Of a DNA stretch of 64,000 bases, positions 1 through 10,976 are shown one piece after another (position 1 is the stretch's first letter; the number at the start of each line of letters is the position of its first letter). Made by a program: the position numbers and the translations under genes. The notes under the pieces are model-generated. The model had not been told where the DNA came from. It worked only from the letters and a program-made list of their open reading frames with translations, and did not search any database. Source of the DNA: Melioribacteraceae bacterium (GTDB lineage: Bacteria; Bacteroidota; Ignavibacteria; Ignavibacteriales; Melioribacteraceae); NCBI GenBank assembly GCA_034521465.1, contig JAXHMN010000012.1, forward strand, positions 24,359 to 88,358, written 5' to 3'.

Positions 1-2
1 CC

Positions 3-473
3 GGAAGCAGTACTCAGCATATGGGTGTTGTTCCGGATATCTCATTCCCGAGCCCCGTTGATCCGGATAATTATGGCGAAAGTTCAAAATCGAGTGCGCT
101 TCCGTGGGATCAGATTCCGTCAACAACTTATCAGCGGTATGCTAACTTAGATAAATTTATTCCGCGTTTACAGAAAAAGCATGAAGAAAGAATTCAGAAC
201 AATTTAGAATTTCAATATATGCTTGAAGACATTGAAAAGTATAACGAGCGTAAAGAGAAAAAAGAATTCTCGTTGAATGAAGAAGTTAGAAAACAAGAAA
301 GAGAACTTGCAAAGAAAAAAGAAGATAAGCGGGACGAAGAGCGTGCTTCAAATTCAGAAATAACCATAATCGAAAAAGGTGAAGTTAAACAGAAAGATCT
401 TAGAGTTGATGATCCTGAACTTGAAGAGGCCAGTTATATACTTGCTGATTTAATTGCAATGAATATCGGGTAA
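3..473 (+). CDS. prc: C-terminal fragment of a tail-specific / C-terminal processing protease (S41, Prc-like); 5' end outside the window
   Basis: Frame is open from the window edge. 'SSALPWDQIP...KKHEERIQNNLEFQYMLEDIEKYNERKEKKEFSLNEEVRKQE' follows the pattern of the E. coli Prc C-terminal region (ALPWDSI...EHNARIAKDPEFQNIMKDIARFNAMKDK..SLNYAVREKE; recalled from memory, not aligned). Confidence 0.55.
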   Translation, partial: GSSTQHMGVVPDISFPSPVDPDNYGESSKSSALPWDQIPSTTYQRYANLDKFIPRLQKKHEERIQNNLEFQYMLEDIEKYNERKEKKEFSLNEEVRKQERELAKKKEDKRDEERASNSEITIIEKGEVKQKDLRVDDPELEEASYILADLIAMNIG

Positions 474-499
474 GTTTTATTGTAAAGTTATAAGAATTT

Positions 500-532
500 A
501 GATGACCACGCCAGAGTCTGGTCTGGTCATCT
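500..532. terminator. Hairpin between convergent genes (possible bidirectional terminator)
   Basis: AGATGACCA (500-508) pairs with TGGTCATCT (524-532). It lies between the stop at 473 (+) and the stop at 550 (-). No strong U-tract. Confidence 0.4.
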
Positions 533-549
533 GGATTCCATTGACCCAA

Positions 550-2634
550 CTAACCATTCAATTTTTCCATCATTTCATCCGGTGAATCTACCGGCAGCTC
601 ACATGCAAAATTCTTACAAACAAACGCTTGTGCTTTTGTAAAATCAAACTCATAGTTAGAAATAAACGGAGCAATTTTTTTCATCTCTTCAATATTATCT
701 TCGGTAACTGCTAATACAACTTTGTTTGGAATATAATTTTCATTTAATTTTTGCATGAATGGATCAAATTCTTTTAATGATTTACCTGCAAGAATAATTT
801 CATAAGTTTTTCCTTTTGCAAAATCGAGTCCGCATAAAAAGTAAGTAAATGCCATTGGAGATTTTTTAACATTTTCAGAAAAGGATTTACTCAGTAATTC
901 GGCTGATTTTTCATACTCTTGATTTGATGTTAATCTTGAAAACCGAATCAAATTATTCATCATTGCAGAAGCCCCCGATGGTATTGCGCTATCGAAAAGA
1001 TCTTTTGAACGGACGAGTAAGTTTTCACCGAAATCAGGTGTAAAAAAGTATCCGCCATCAGCATCATCCCAATAATGCTTGTTCAATATTTCGTTCAACG
1101 ATATTGCTTGCTCCAAATATTTTGTCTCAAAGGTTGATTCATAAAGTTCAAGTAAGCCCCAAATCATAAACGCATAATCATCAAGTACAGCAGTTAACTT
1201 TGCTTCGCCGTCCCGGTACCGATGAATTAACTTTCCATCTTTGTCGGTTAAGTGTTCATTTATAAATTCAACTCCTTTACTGGCTGTCTCTGTATATTCT
1301 TCATTGTCAAAAACTCTTCCGGCTTTAGCAAACGAGGAGATCATTAATCCGTTCCAATCGGTTAATATCTTATCATCTTTTAGAGGATGAACTCTCTGTT
1401 CGCGATTTGCAAAAAGTGTTAAGCGGGCTTTGTTTAATTTGTTGATCAATTCTGTGGGATCTGTATTGCTTTCTTTTACGATATCTTCAATTGAACTAGT
1501 TAGGTGAGGTATATTTGTACCATTTCTTGCCTTAGTAGATTCTTCCTCGTAATTGCCGTCTTCTTCGATATTAAAAACTTTGCAAAACAATGTTCCGTCT
1601 TCTTCACCGAGTATTTTTAGAATTTCTTCTTTTGTCCAAACATAAAATTTACCTTCTACTCCTTCACTATCGGCATCTTCGGCGGAATAGAAACCGCCTT
1701 CGGGTGAAGTCATATCTCGCGTAACATATTCTAAAATTTGTTCCGCTGTCTTTTTGAAACTTTCTATCTTAGTTGTTTGATACGTTTCGACGTAAGCGTG
1801 AGTGAGCATCGCTTGATCGTATAACATTTTCTCAAAATGCGGCAGCAGCCAACGTTGATCGGTTGAGTAGCGGTGAAAGCCGAATCCGATGTGATCAAAA
1901 ATTCCTCCTTTCCTCATTTCGAGTAAGGTTTTTTTAACCATTTCTAATGCATTCTCTTCACCGGTGTTTTTATAATAGCGGAGGAGAAACAATAGATTGT
2001 GGGGACTTGGGAATTTAGGCGCAGTTGTAAGTCCGCCGTAAGTTTTATCAAATCGTTCAAAAAAATATTCGTATGTTTTAGTCAAGACATCGGTTGGGAT
2101 ATCAGTTCCTTCATCGCTCATTGAAGTTTGTTTTAAGTGACTTGTAATTTGATCGGCGCTTTGTTCGACTTCGTCTCGTTTCTCTTTCCAAGCTTTATTT
2201 ATGTTTTGAACTAACTCAACAAAACCGATTCTGCCGAAGCGCGTTTGTTTGGGGAAGTACGTTCCTGAAAAGAACGGTCTTTTGTCGGGCATCATGACAA
2301 TAGTCAAAGGCCAGCCACCGCCGCCTGTCATCATTTGGCAGACCGTCATGTAAATGTTGTCGATATCCGGCCGTTCTTCTCTATCGACTTTAATAGATAC
2401 AAAGTATTCATTCATTAATTTAGCAACTTCGGGATCTTCAAAAGATTCATGTTCCATAACATGACACCAATGGCAAGTTGAATAACCGATTGATAAGAAA
2501 ATCGGTTTGTTTTCTTTTTCCGCTTTTTCAAATGCTTCATCACTCCATGGATACCAATCAACCGGGTTGTATGCATGCTGTAATAAGTAAGGACTTTTTT
2601 CGTTAATTAATCTGTTGGTTTTTCTTTCGTTCAT
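550..2634 (-). CDS. Thioredoxin-domain protein of the DUF255/YyaL (spermatogenesis-associated protein 20-like) family, with an N-acylglucosamine 2-epimerase-like alpha/alpha toroid
   Basis: 694-aa intact ORF. The N-terminus '[61 protein letters not shown]' is the hallmark of this family. Confidence 0.9.
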   Translation of the reverse strand: MNERKTNRLINEKSPYLLQHAYNPVDWYPWSDEAFEKAEKENKPIFLSIGYSTCHWCHVMEHESFEDPEVAKLMNEYFVSIKVDREERPDIDNIYMTVCQMMTGGGGWPLTIVMMPDKRPFFSGTYFPKQTRFGRIGFVELVQNINKAWKEKRDEVEQSADQITSHLKQTSMSDEGTDIPTDVLTKTYEYFFERFDKTYGGLTTAPKFPSPHNLLFLLRYYKNTGEENALEMVKKTLLEMRKGGIFDHIGFGFHRYSTDQRWLLPHFEKMLYDQAMLTHAYVETYQTTKIESFKKTAEQILEYVTRDMTSPEGGFYSAEDADSEGVEGKFYVWTKEEILKILGEEDGTLFCKVFNIEEDGNYEEESTKARNGTNIPHLTSSIEDIVKESNTDPTELINKLNKARLTLFANREQRVHPLKDDKILTDWNGLMISSFAKAGRVFDNEEYTETASKGVEFINEHLTDKDGKLIHRYRDGEAKLTAVLDDYAFMIWGLLELYESTFETKYLEQAISLNEILNKHYWDDADGGYFFTPDFGENLLVRSKDLFDSAIPSGASAMMNNLIRFSRLTSNQEYEKSAELLSKSFSENVKKSPMAFTYFLCGLDFAKGKTYEIILAGKSLKEFDPFMQKLNENYIPNKVVLAVTEDNIEEMKKIAPFISNYEFDFTKAQAFVCKNFACELPVDSPDEMMEKLNG

Positions 2635-2686
2635 AAATATTTCCTTTCCGCAAATTTCATTACGCTAATATTATTTGCAAAAAAAT

Positions 2687-2794
2687 GGGGCTGTCCTAAA
2701 AGTAATCTTCAAATAAAAAATCTGCGCAAATCAGTTTAAATCTGTGAAATCTGCGTACCAATTATTGTGAAATTATTACTTTCAGGACAGCCCC
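2687..2794. repeat. Nested-palindrome intergenic repeat, copy E1
   Basis: 20-nt arms GGGGCTGTCCTAAAAGTAAT (2687-2706) and ATTACTTTCAGGACAGCCCC (2775-2794) have 1 mismatch. The interior carries ATCTGCG/ATCTGTG heptads. Related arms occur at 33387-33482 and 56786-56929. Confidence 0.75.
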
Positions 2795-2821
2795 AAATTA
2801 AAATTCATTTGGTTAGCAAAA

Positions 2822-3115
2822 TTAATCATCCTGCATTGCTCTTCCAACAAATCCAATTATTAAAGAAAACAGAGTTGCACCTATGACAGACCAGACGATA
2901 GGAAAAGATTTACCGCCGATGTAAACTGTCCAGAATAAGGGTAGTCTAAATTCTTCAGCAATCCATAATCCTAACCAAGCGCCAATAAATCCTACAACCA
3001 TTGATATAATACAACCGCCAAGATTGTAACCGGCAATACTTTGTCCGATAGCACCGCATATTGCGGCAATTAAGAGTAGAAGTAAGAAACCAATAAGTGT
3101 CATTTTCCCTCCCAT
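2822..3115 (-). CDS. GlsB/YeaQ/YmgE family stress-response membrane protein (transglycosylase-associated)
   Basis: 97 aa, glycine-rich TM helices: 'LIAAICGAIGQSIAG...GGCIISMVVGFIGAWLG...VIGATLFSLIIGFVGR'. Confidence 0.8.
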   Translation of the reverse strand: MGGKMTLIGFLLLLLIAAICGAIGQSIAGYNLGGCIISMVVGFIGAWLGLWIAEEFRLPLFWTVYIGGKSFPIVWSVIGATLFSLIIGFVGRAMQDD

Positions 3116-3167
3116 TTAATAGTTAGTATGAAATATAAAGATTTAAAAAGTAATTCGAAACCAAGTA

Positions 3168-4010
3168 TCAAAGAGTGAGGAGCACAATTGTAACGACCCC
3201 GGTAAAAAGTGAAAATAATCCGAGCCGGTCAATTTTTTCACGCCAAATAATGAATGCGAGCAAAGCGGTTAGTAAAATGACACCAATGTTAACAAGGGGA
3301 TAAACTAAAATGCCGGGAATAGTCTCAAGTGCGGCAATTAAAAAGACGCTGCTTAAAACATTCGGAACACCTAAAACCGAACCACTTAAAATAGTATGTC
3401 TTTTTAGTGGAATCTTTTTAACAAAAATGATAATGAAACAATAAATAAATGCGAAAAAGAAAATTGAGAAAATAAAGAATTGTTTTTCAACAATCGGATG
3501 AGTCTGTTGAAAAACCTTCATGGAAAAATCACCGATGCCGATTCCGATCATCAATCCGGCTAGGTATAAAATATCCTTTAATGTAATTGTTCGAGTTTTA
3601 TTGTGACGAAGAGACAGATAGAATAAATAAATTGTAATACCCGCAAAAGCGAATCCGAGTAAATTAAAGAACGTTGGTATTTCTGAATACAATAAAATTG
3701 ATAAAGCAACCGGAATAAAAAGTGAAATTCTGGAACTCAAAGTAGAAAGCGCTGTACCGGCAACATCAATCGATTTGGAAAATGCAAAAAAACTTGAAAC
3801 AAACACGGTCCCGATAACGGCACCGAATATTAAGGAAGAGAATGAGAATTTAGCTTCAGGTTCAATCATGAACATAACGAACCCGATAATTGAAGCAACC
3901 AAATAATTACTGGCGATCAGTAATATTGAATTGCCCTTATTAACACTGCTGTATTTTAAAATAAGTGCAATGCTTGTTGAGCAGGCGATTGTGAGAAGTA
4001 GTGAAATCAA
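3168..4010 (-). CDS. Polytopic membrane protein, DMT/EamA-like transporter candidate
   Basis: 280 aa with about 10 hydrophobic segments in two halves. No specific motif recognised. Confidence 0.45.
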   Translation of the reverse strand: MISLLLTIACSTSIALILKYSSVNKGNSILLIASNYLVASIIGFVMFMIEPEAKFSFSSLIFGAVIGTVFVSSFFAFSKSIDVAGTALSTLSSRISLFIPVALSILLYSEIPTFFNLLGFAFAGITIYLFYLSLRHNKTRTITLKDILYLAGLMIGIGIGDFSMKVFQQTHPIVEKQFFIFSIFFFAFIYCFIIIFVKKIPLKRHTILSGSVLGVPNVLSSVFLIAALETIPGILVYPLVNIGVILLTALLAFIIWREKIDRLGLFSLFTGVVTIVLLTL

Positions 4011-4034
4011 GTTAGATAATTTTTTAGGACTAAG

Positions 4035-4850
4035 TTAAAACATTTCCATCGGATTTGGATACTTAAATTTATAATTCAACATTGCTTTCAATTTTTGCGA
4101 TGAGACTATTTTATAATTTCCATTATCATCGGTAAAAGAGGGAGTTTCTAAGTCAAGTTTTTCTGCGGCTTTTGTGTAAAGTTCTTTTCTCGTCGGATGT
4201 TCATCCGCACAAGCGTTAAAAATATCTCCCCATAGATTATTATCAATTATTCCAACAATAATTTCTATACAGTCATCTAAGTGAATCAGGTTAACTTTTG
4301 CATTGCCGCCACTAACGTTCTTTCGGCCGGCTAAAAATCTTCCCGGCTGTCTATTGGGTCCAACCAATCCGCCAAATCTTAGGATCGTTGTTCTAAAAGT
4401 AATTTCCGCGCGGAGTAATCCTTCGGCAATAACTAACGCCTTGCCTGAATCACGTTCCGGGTTCAACTCCGATTCTTCGGTAACAGTTTTATTCGTATCT
4501 CCGTAAACAGAAGTAGAGCTTACAAAAAGCACTTTCTCGATAGGTGATTTTTCAATTTCGTTTATTAAAAATTTTATCTGTGCAGGAAACAATTCAAGAA
4601 CATGTTCATTTCTACTTGGCGGGATGTTCACTATCAGAATTTTTGACGAGAGAAAATTTTGAATGTCATCGGTTCTTACATCCGGATTTAAGATTACTAA
4701 GTGCGGTTCTATTCCAGGTTCTTCAATTTTCTTAAGTTTATCGACACTTGTTGTTGAACCTTTTAGACTGTAACCGTCATTGTATAATCTTTGTGCAAGC
4801 GGCAGACCAAGCCAACCGCATCCAAGCACACTAATTGTTTTTCTATTCAT
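4035..4850 (-). CDS. NAD(P)-binding SDR-type epimerase/dehydratase-like oxidoreductase
   Basis: N-terminal Rossmann motif 'ISVLGCGWLGLPLAQRL'. 271 aa, with 'SSTSVYG' typical of extended SDRs. Confidence 0.7.
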   Translation of the reverse strand: MNRKTISVLGCGWLGLPLAQRLYNDGYSLKGSTTSVDKLKKIEEPGIEPHLVILNPDVRTDDIQNFLSSKILIVNIPPSRNEHVLELFPAQIKFLINEIEKSPIEKVLFVSSTSVYGDTNKTVTEESELNPERDSGKALVIAEGLLRAEITFRTTILRFGGLVGPNRQPGRFLAGRKNVSGGNAKVNLIHLDDCIEIIVGIIDNNLWGDIFNACADEHPTRKELYTKAAEKLDLETPSFTDDNGNYKIVSSQKLKAMLNYKFKYPNPMEMF

Positions 4851-4857
4851 CGGATTA

Positions 4858-5682
4858 TTACCAGGAGGTGGTTTTTATAATGTTCAAAAAGAAATCGTTA
4901 TTAACCTGATCACCTTTTTGTTTATAAGCATTGGCAAGATTATTCAAAACTCTTTTTATAATAACAGATGCAGGAGTGCCTGCGGTTACAATTTTCATCA
5001 CCGCGGCATATGATTCTCTAACTAATTTTTTTAACTCAGTTTGATAGATCATTTTACCTTGATTGAAACAGTCAACTAAAATGATTTCTTCGTCGTGAGT
5101 AATTTTTGAAAGAAAATGACCGGGGAAGTTGCAACCTTCAATAAATAATCCTGCACGATAGCCGACCAGCATATAAAGAATGCTCAGCGTAATCGGCAAA
5201 CCCTGCTTTTGCTCTAGAGTATATTTAAGGTTACTGTTCCACGGGTTATAATAATCGAGCTTACTGCCGGAAATATTTTTTTCCCTGAACAAATAATTAG
5301 CGAGATCAAATTCATCGCCGTAAGGAAATTTGTTCATAAAATCTTCGGCTGTTTCGTCCAGTAAAACAGAAAGATTTCCGTGTTCCTTTAACCCTTCTTG
5401 GAAACCAACAATCAAGTTCATTGCTTCTTCTAGCGCTTCGTAGAAATCACTCTTTAGCTGCCATGAATACCAATTCTCGTACATCCACTGTCTTCTGTTT
5501 TCCTCAAGAACCGGCTCTATTAATCTTCTTTTATCTTCATTGACAATATTTGAAAATTCTTGAAGGTCCTCTTCCAGTGTTAATCCGTAGTTAATTAGTT
5601 CTTTGATGATTTCGCTGCGTACTTCATCGCTCTCATCGTCAACTAAGTCTAATAAATATTGTAATGTTTTTATATCGCTCAT
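4858..5682 (-). CDS. Transglutaminase-like (SirB1/UPF0162-type) protein with an N-terminal helical repeat
   Basis: 'GLPITLSILYMLVGYRAGLFIEGCNFPGHFL' resembles the transglutaminase-core-2 family. 4-nt spacing from the downstream gene suggests an operon. Confidence 0.55.
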   Translation of the reverse strand: MSDIKTLQYLLDLVDDESDEVRSEIIKELINYGLTLEEDLQEFSNIVNEDKRRLIEPVLEENRRQWMYENWYSWQLKSDFYEALEEAMNLIVGFQEGLKEHGNLSVLLDETAEDFMNKFPYGDEFDLANYLFREKNISGSKLDYYNPWNSNLKYTLEQKQGLPITLSILYMLVGYRAGLFIEGCNFPGHFLSKITHDEEIILVDCFNQGKMIYQTELKKLVRESYAAVMKIVTAGTPASVIIKRVLNNLANAYKQKGDQVNNDFFLNIIKTTSW

Positions 5683-5815
5683 ACGTATTTGATTTTCTCT
5701 TTAGCCGATAGATAATAATAATCCGTGAGAATTCACAATAAGTGATGTGAATTTACATTTGTATTCAACAAATGAATTTTTAGGAGGGATAAAAAAATAC
5801 TACAGCACTTTAAAA

Positions 5816-6016
5816 TTACTTGGCTCTTCCGAGAACTCTCGAAGGAAAAAGAAATAACGCTTTTATAAAATTCAATAAACCGTCAACCGCAAAACCTAAA
5901 ACTCTGAAAGGAATTGAAAGTAACCATAAAAACGGATAGATAATTAGAGCCAATAATGCCAGTGGCCAGCATAAAACTAGAAGTAATATCCACATCAAAA
6001 ATGTTAACATAACCAA
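5816..6016 (-). CDS. Small two-TM membrane protein (hypothetical)
   Basis: 66 aa, strongly hydrophobic. No family recognised. Confidence 0.3.
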   Translation of the reverse strand: MVMLTFLMWILLLVLCWPLALLALIIYPFLWLLSIPFRVLGFAVDGLLNFIKALFLFPSRVLGRAK

Positions 6017-6623
6017 AACCTTTTATTCTTTGGACGTAATTTAGCAATAAAAAGTTCTCGTCTAACCAAAGAAGTCAAATCATTTTGAGAAAAACGAATC
6101 TCAAGAATAAATACAAATCAATTCTGTTGGATGGGAATCATATTATAAAAGTGACGTGGATCAAAATTGTATCGATGAAAATGAGCATTTTTAAAAATTC
6201 GCTATGCTATCCTTTTAAAATTACGTATTTATACGTATTGAAAGATGTTCAATATATTATTATTATCAAATGACAATATAAAACTTAAATAGAAAAGATA
6301 TTAGTATAATAATATATTTTTATAACAGGGTGCCAAACTAGAAGGGTTTAGTATTATGATATTCCAAAAAGAATATAATAACAAGCAGCAAATTAAAAGA
6401 GATCTGGTTATAAGTCTGGTTTTGTTTTTTCTAACATTAACACTTGTAGTAATTCTTATCTAAAATTATATCAAAAGTTACCTGTCGTACTTTTATCTGC
6501 TCTAAATTAATTTTGTTTATAAGGAGATAACATACGCGGCAAAATCACACACCTTATCTTTTTAATTGCGATTCATTCAATTTAGTGTAAATTGATAAGT
6601 GAAATTTAGATAGGAAGGATCAG

Positions 6624-8345
6624 ATGTATCGAACTTCCCCCGCCATAAAATTAGCATTGATTTACTTTCTTGCCGGCAGTATCTGGATCTTACTCTCCGA
6701 TCAGTTAGTAAATCTATTAATTCCACCCGAAGCTGATTTGCTATTTAAAATTAACATTACAAAGGGGCTCGTCTTTGTATTGTTAACTACACTGGTAATT
6801 TACATTAGGCAGTCGCACATACCTAAAGAAAATTCAAGAAGAAACCTCAGAAAAAGAAAAGACGGCAGAAAAGCTTATCAAGAGCGAGAAGAAATATAAG
6901 TTGCTCTTTGAAGATAATCCCCGCCCAATGTGGGTTTATGATTTAACGACTTTGAAATTTATTGATGTGAATAAAGAAGCGACTATCAAATATGGTTACA
7001 CGCGTGATGAGTTTCTTTCAATGACCATTAAAGATATTAGACCACAAGAAGAAATTAAAAAATTAGAAAATTATCTTGATCAAAGAAATAAAGATGTTAC
7101 TCATTATGACTCGCAAATTTGGCTGCACAAGCTAAAAGACGGTGCCGAAATATTTGTTAAAATTTTATCTCACAAAATTGATCTTGAAGAAAGACCTTGC
7201 AGATTAGTTATTTCCGAAGATGTAAGCGAGTTAGTCAAAAAAGAAAAAGCTCTAAAAGAGAGTGAAGAAAGATATAAGCGAATTTTTGAAAATATACTGG
7301 ATGTTTATTACGAAACAACGATTGAAGGAACGATTCTAGAAATCAGCCCTTCTATTGAAATACTATCTTCCGGACAATATACGCGGGATGAATTGATCGG
7401 AAAATCGATCGTTGGACTTTATTATGACACAATGGAAAGAGAGAATTTATGTTAAAAAGTTATTAAAGAATACAAACAAGTTGATGACTACGATAGTAAA
7501 ATTAGTTAATAAAGACGGTAGAATTATTTACTGCTCAATTACGGCAAGACTTCATTGAAGAAAACGACAGCATTAAAATTGCCGGAACCATCCGCGATAT
7601 TACGGTAAGAAAAGGGTATGAAGAAGACTTAGTCAAAGCAAAGGAAGAAGCAGAAAGAGCAGACAAATTGAAGTCCGAGTTCCTTGCGCAAATGTCTCAT
7701 GAAATAAGAACTCCGTTAAATACACTGATTAATTCATCTCAGTTTGTAAGAGAAGAATTAACTGAGGAACGGTATGAAGATCAAGAAGAAATTTTTAAGA
7801 TAATTCAATTGTCCGGTGGAAGAATAATTAGAACAGTTGAATCTCTGCTCAGTATGTCGGAATTACAAACCGGAACTTATGAACCGACCGTTAACCAACT
7901 GAATCTTGTAGAGGATATATTAGAAGATCTGGTTAAAGAATATAAGCTGCCTGCCGAAGAAAAAAATCTTGAACTTTCACTAAATGTAAAAACATCAGCT
8001 CCAACTGTTGATGTAGATAGTTACAGCGTTACAGAAATTTTTTCCCACTTGATCGATAATGCCATTAAGTATACAAATAAAGGACGAGTTGATGTTAATG
8101 TTTATGATGAAAATAACTCTATAAAAGTTGAAGTAAAAGATACAGGCAAAGGAATAAGAGAAGAATTCTTACCACATTTGTTCGAATCCTTTAGGCAAGA
8201 GCAGCAGGGTTATACTCGAAAATATGAGGGCAACGGACTGGGATTGGCGCTTGTGAATAAATTTTGTGAAATCAATAAACTAAAAATAGATGTTGAGTCA
8301 ACCGTTGGAAAGGGTACGGTCTTTACTGTTACGTTCCCTGTTTGA
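6624..8345 (+). pseudogene. Membrane-anchored PAS/PAS sensor histidine kinase interrupted by at least 3 frameshifts
   Basis: ORF pieces 6624-6899, 6901-7455 and 7668-8345 are contiguous parts of one protein. These are TM helices, then 'KKYKLLFEDNPRPMWVYD' (PAS, readable across the 6899 stop in another frame), a second PAS, then 'ADKLKSEFLAQMSHEIRTPLN' (HisKA) and an HATPase region ('DNAIKYT', 'DTGKGI', 'GNGLGLALV'). Further shifts lie near 7455 and 7550. Confidence 0.75.
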
Positions 8346-8391
8346 TTTTAAGAAAAGGATCATTCCTGTTCAACATGTGGTAAAACAGGTC

Positions 8392-9531
8392 TTAATTTAT
8401 AACTTCTTTTAACTTATCGAACAAATCATCTGCAATAAAACCTTTGTCGCCGGTAGTTTCATATCCATTGCCGAAAGCAATAAATGTTGTATTGTTATAC
8501 TTAAAGAGTATTGTTGTGTAACCCGCCACCGCACCGTTGTGTCCGACTGAACCGAAAATATCTGCGATGGCTAGTCCGTAATTAACTCCTTCCGGAGCGC
8601 CGAATATAGGTGTATCTATCACCATTCGTTTGTTTTGGAGTTCGGCATTGAGCAAGTTTCCTTCAAAAATCTCATCGCTCCAAATCAGCAGGTCGTCAAC
8701 CGTTGAAACTATCCCGCCCGCAGCCCAAATTGCATATGGACTTTGAACTGTGTAATCCTCATCCTCAGTAAAATTACCATCATAATTTACATCGAGATAT
8801 CCATGAGCATAGCTGCCATGTATTTCATTTCCGGTTGGTAGATACGTATCATTCATCCCAAGCGGAACAAAAATTTCTTCATTCAAAAATTGATCTAATG
8901 ATTTACCTGAATATTTTTCAATGATCAATCCAAGAGTATAATAATTTGAATTGCTGTAGTAACTTATTATTCCGGGTGTATCAACTAAATCCTCATCACA
9001 GTATAATGACAAAATTTCTTCATGTGTCCAACTGTAGGTAGGATTGTAAAAATATGTATCACTAAACTCATCAGTTGCTGTATATTCGGGAATGGCTGAA
9101 CTTTGGTTTAGCAACATCTCAAGTGTAATTTCATTTCCATGTTTTATTAGACCCGGCATCAATTTTTCTACTGTGTGGGAGAGTTGAAGTTTGTTTTGCT
9201 TTACAAGTATTAAAATTGAAGTGCCGATAAAGGTTTTTGTTACACTTCCTATTCGGAAAGCGTGAGAAGCATGCATTTCAATTTTATTTTCTTCCGAGAT
9301 ATCCGCAAAACCATAAGCGCTTTTATGAATTGAACCGTCGTCGAATCTAATTAACGCAATAGAGCCGGGAACGTTGTGCTCTTTTGTCGTTTCTTCAATA
9401 ATACTCTGAATAGTTGATTGGTATATTTCTGCTTTCTGTTCAACCGGTGGATTGGTTGATGAATCGCAACTTATTAAAAAGATGATAAATGCAGTAATAA
9501 TTACTCGCAGAGCGCAATTTTTATTTCCCAT
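8392..9531 (-). CDS. Secreted serine hydrolase of the beta-lactamase / D-Ala-D-Ala carboxypeptidase (class C-like) family
   Basis: Signal/lipoprotein-like N-terminus ('FLISCDSS') and an S-x-x-K motif in 'FRIGSVTKTF'. Confidence 0.85.
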   Translation of the reverse strand: MGNKNCALRVIITAFIIFLISCDSSTNPPVEQKAEIYQSTIQSIIEETTKEHNVPGSIALIRFDDGSIHKSAYGFADISEENKIEMHASHAFRIGSVTKTFIGTSILILVKQNKLQLSHTVEKLMPGLIKHGNEITLEMLLNQSSAIPEYTATDEFSDTYFYNPTYSWTHEEILSLYCDEDLVDTPGIISYYSNSNYYTLGLIIEKYSGKSLDQFLNEEIFVPLGMNDTYLPTGNEIHGSYAHGYLDVNYDGNFTEDEDYTVQSPYAIWAAGGIVSTVDDLLIWSDEIFEGNLLNAELQNKRMVIDTPIFGAPEGVNYGLAIADIFGSVGHNGAVAGYTTILFKYNNTTFIAFGNGYETTGDKGFIADDLFDKLKEVIN

Positions 9532-9724
9532 ACGATATTATCGTAATTTTGAATGAAAAGTTAAGAGTGCTATTCAAGTTGGTAATATATCACCGTAAAA
9601 GAAAAATGGAACTTTTAACCGCAAGATTCATTTAATAAAAATATATCTCATTAGAAAATCACCCTAAAATTTATTATTGAAAGGAGATTTTTTTATTTTA
9701 TAGCGAAAAGTACAAGAGTAGATC

Positions 9725-10486
9725 ATGGAGTTTTTTTACATACGGCAAAATTTGATTGAAAAATTTGAAAAGTTGTTTATTACGATAGTTGGCATGGGCG
9801 GCTTTAGAATTGAGAGATTAAAATTAAATGGAGAGACAAAATTCCTCCCCCTTACATTATTTTGGGCATTTTGCATCATTCTCAGTTTCGTCGGAGCAAT
9901 GTTAATAACAGAACTGTATCATCTTCAAGGAGCGCTTATTTATTTTGGTGCATCTTGGGTCTTTTATTATATCGGAAATACAATTATTCTGACAACTAAT
10001 TTCCGCTTTAAAGTGATAGATAATTTTGGAGAAGAAACAGCTTACCGTTTATATGAAGTTATTATTGGTTTAATGTTTGCGCATCAAGCACTGGCGTTCG
10101 GGGCAATTGTCGAGGAAAATTGGTTTGCTTGGCCATCATTTGCCGAGCTTGGTGTTATTGATGAAGTTGGACTTTTGTTTATTGTAATTGGGTTTGTCGT
10201 TAAAACTTGGGCAACTATGATTGTTGGGTTAGATACTTACTACTACAAAGATATGTTTTTAAGTAAGGTTACCGGATCATTTGCTGTAGTGGGTCCTTAT
10301 AAACTTTTCAACAACCCGATGTACGGAATTGGTAATTTACAATTATATGGCTTTGCGCTATTTTATTTTTCGATTTCCGGTTTAGTAATCGCTTTACTGC
10401 TTCATATAAGTATTTATGCGTTTTATTATTTTGCGGAAAAACCTGCCGTAGTTAAACTTTATGGGAAAACCGGCTACAATGATTAA
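9725..10486 (+). CDS. Polytopic membrane protein, ICMT/PEMT-like methyltransferase candidate
   Basis: Multiple TM helices. C-terminal 'VVGPYKLFNNPMYGIGN' resembles the G-x-Y-x3-R/N-x-P-x-Y motif of isoprenylcysteine/phospholipid methyltransferases. Weak call. Confidence 0.4.
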   Translation: MEFFYIRQNLIEKFEKLFITIVGMGGFRIERLKLNGETKFLPLTLFWAFCIILSFVGAMLITELYHLQGALIYFGASWVFYYIGNTIILTTNFRFKVIDNFGEETAYRLYEVIIGLMFAHQALAFGAIVEENWFAWPSFAELGVIDEVGLLFIVIGFVVKTWATMIVGLDTYYYKDMFLSKVTGSFAVVGPYKLFNNPMYGIGNLQLYGFALFYFSISGLVIALLLHISIYAFYYFAEKPAVVKLYGKTGYND

Positions 10487-10658
10487 TATCCCATTAGATT
10501 ACTTAAATACTTCATCATCAAATTATACACACAAACTCTTTACATGAAATTCGTCTGAAAGAGTGATCCTTAATTCTATTGTCCAAAGGGCTATAATTTT
10601 ATTAAATTGGATAAAGAAATACTAATATACTTAGAACACCAACTTGGGAGGCACTCTT

Positions 10659-10976
10659 ATGGATATAACTACCGATAAAAAAGAAAATTATAATCTACTC
10701 AAAGTGAGTGGAAGACTCGATTCAACAACTGCTCTTGAATTTGAAAATAATTTATTGAGTTTTATTGAATCGGGAAAAGAAAATATAGTCGACTTCAGTG
10801 ATCTGAAATATATAAGCAGTTCCGGATTGCGTGTTTTGTTAGTTGCGGCAAAAAAATTAAGTACCGCAAATGAGAAACTTACAATTGTTTCAATGCAGGA
10901 TCATATAAAAGAAGTGTTTGATATCTCCGGCTTCACCGATATATTTAATATACTGCCGGAAAACCCACATGAATAA
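10659..10976 (+). CDS. STAS-domain anti-sigma-factor antagonist (SpoIIAA/RsbV-like)
   Basis: ATG at 10659 preceded by GGGAGG. 'LKVSGRLDSTTALEFENNL...DLKYISSSGLRVLLVAAKKL...VFDISGFTDIF' includes the conserved phosphorylatable Ser context. Confidence 0.85.
   Translation: MDITTDKKENYNLLKVSGRLDSTTALEFENNLLSFIESGKENIVDFSDLKYISSSGLRVLLVAAKKLSTANEKLTIVSMQDHIKEVFDISGFTDIFNILPENPHE

Noticed and set aside
6085-6273. 62-aa ORF in the 600-bp AT-rich intergenic region 6017-6623, plus a 35-codon hydrophobic ORF at 6356-6463.
   Set aside because: The composition is extremely AT-biased and Lys/Ile/Asn-rich, as expected from random AT-rich DNA. There is no RBS. The short hydrophobic ORF cannot be supported without conservation data.
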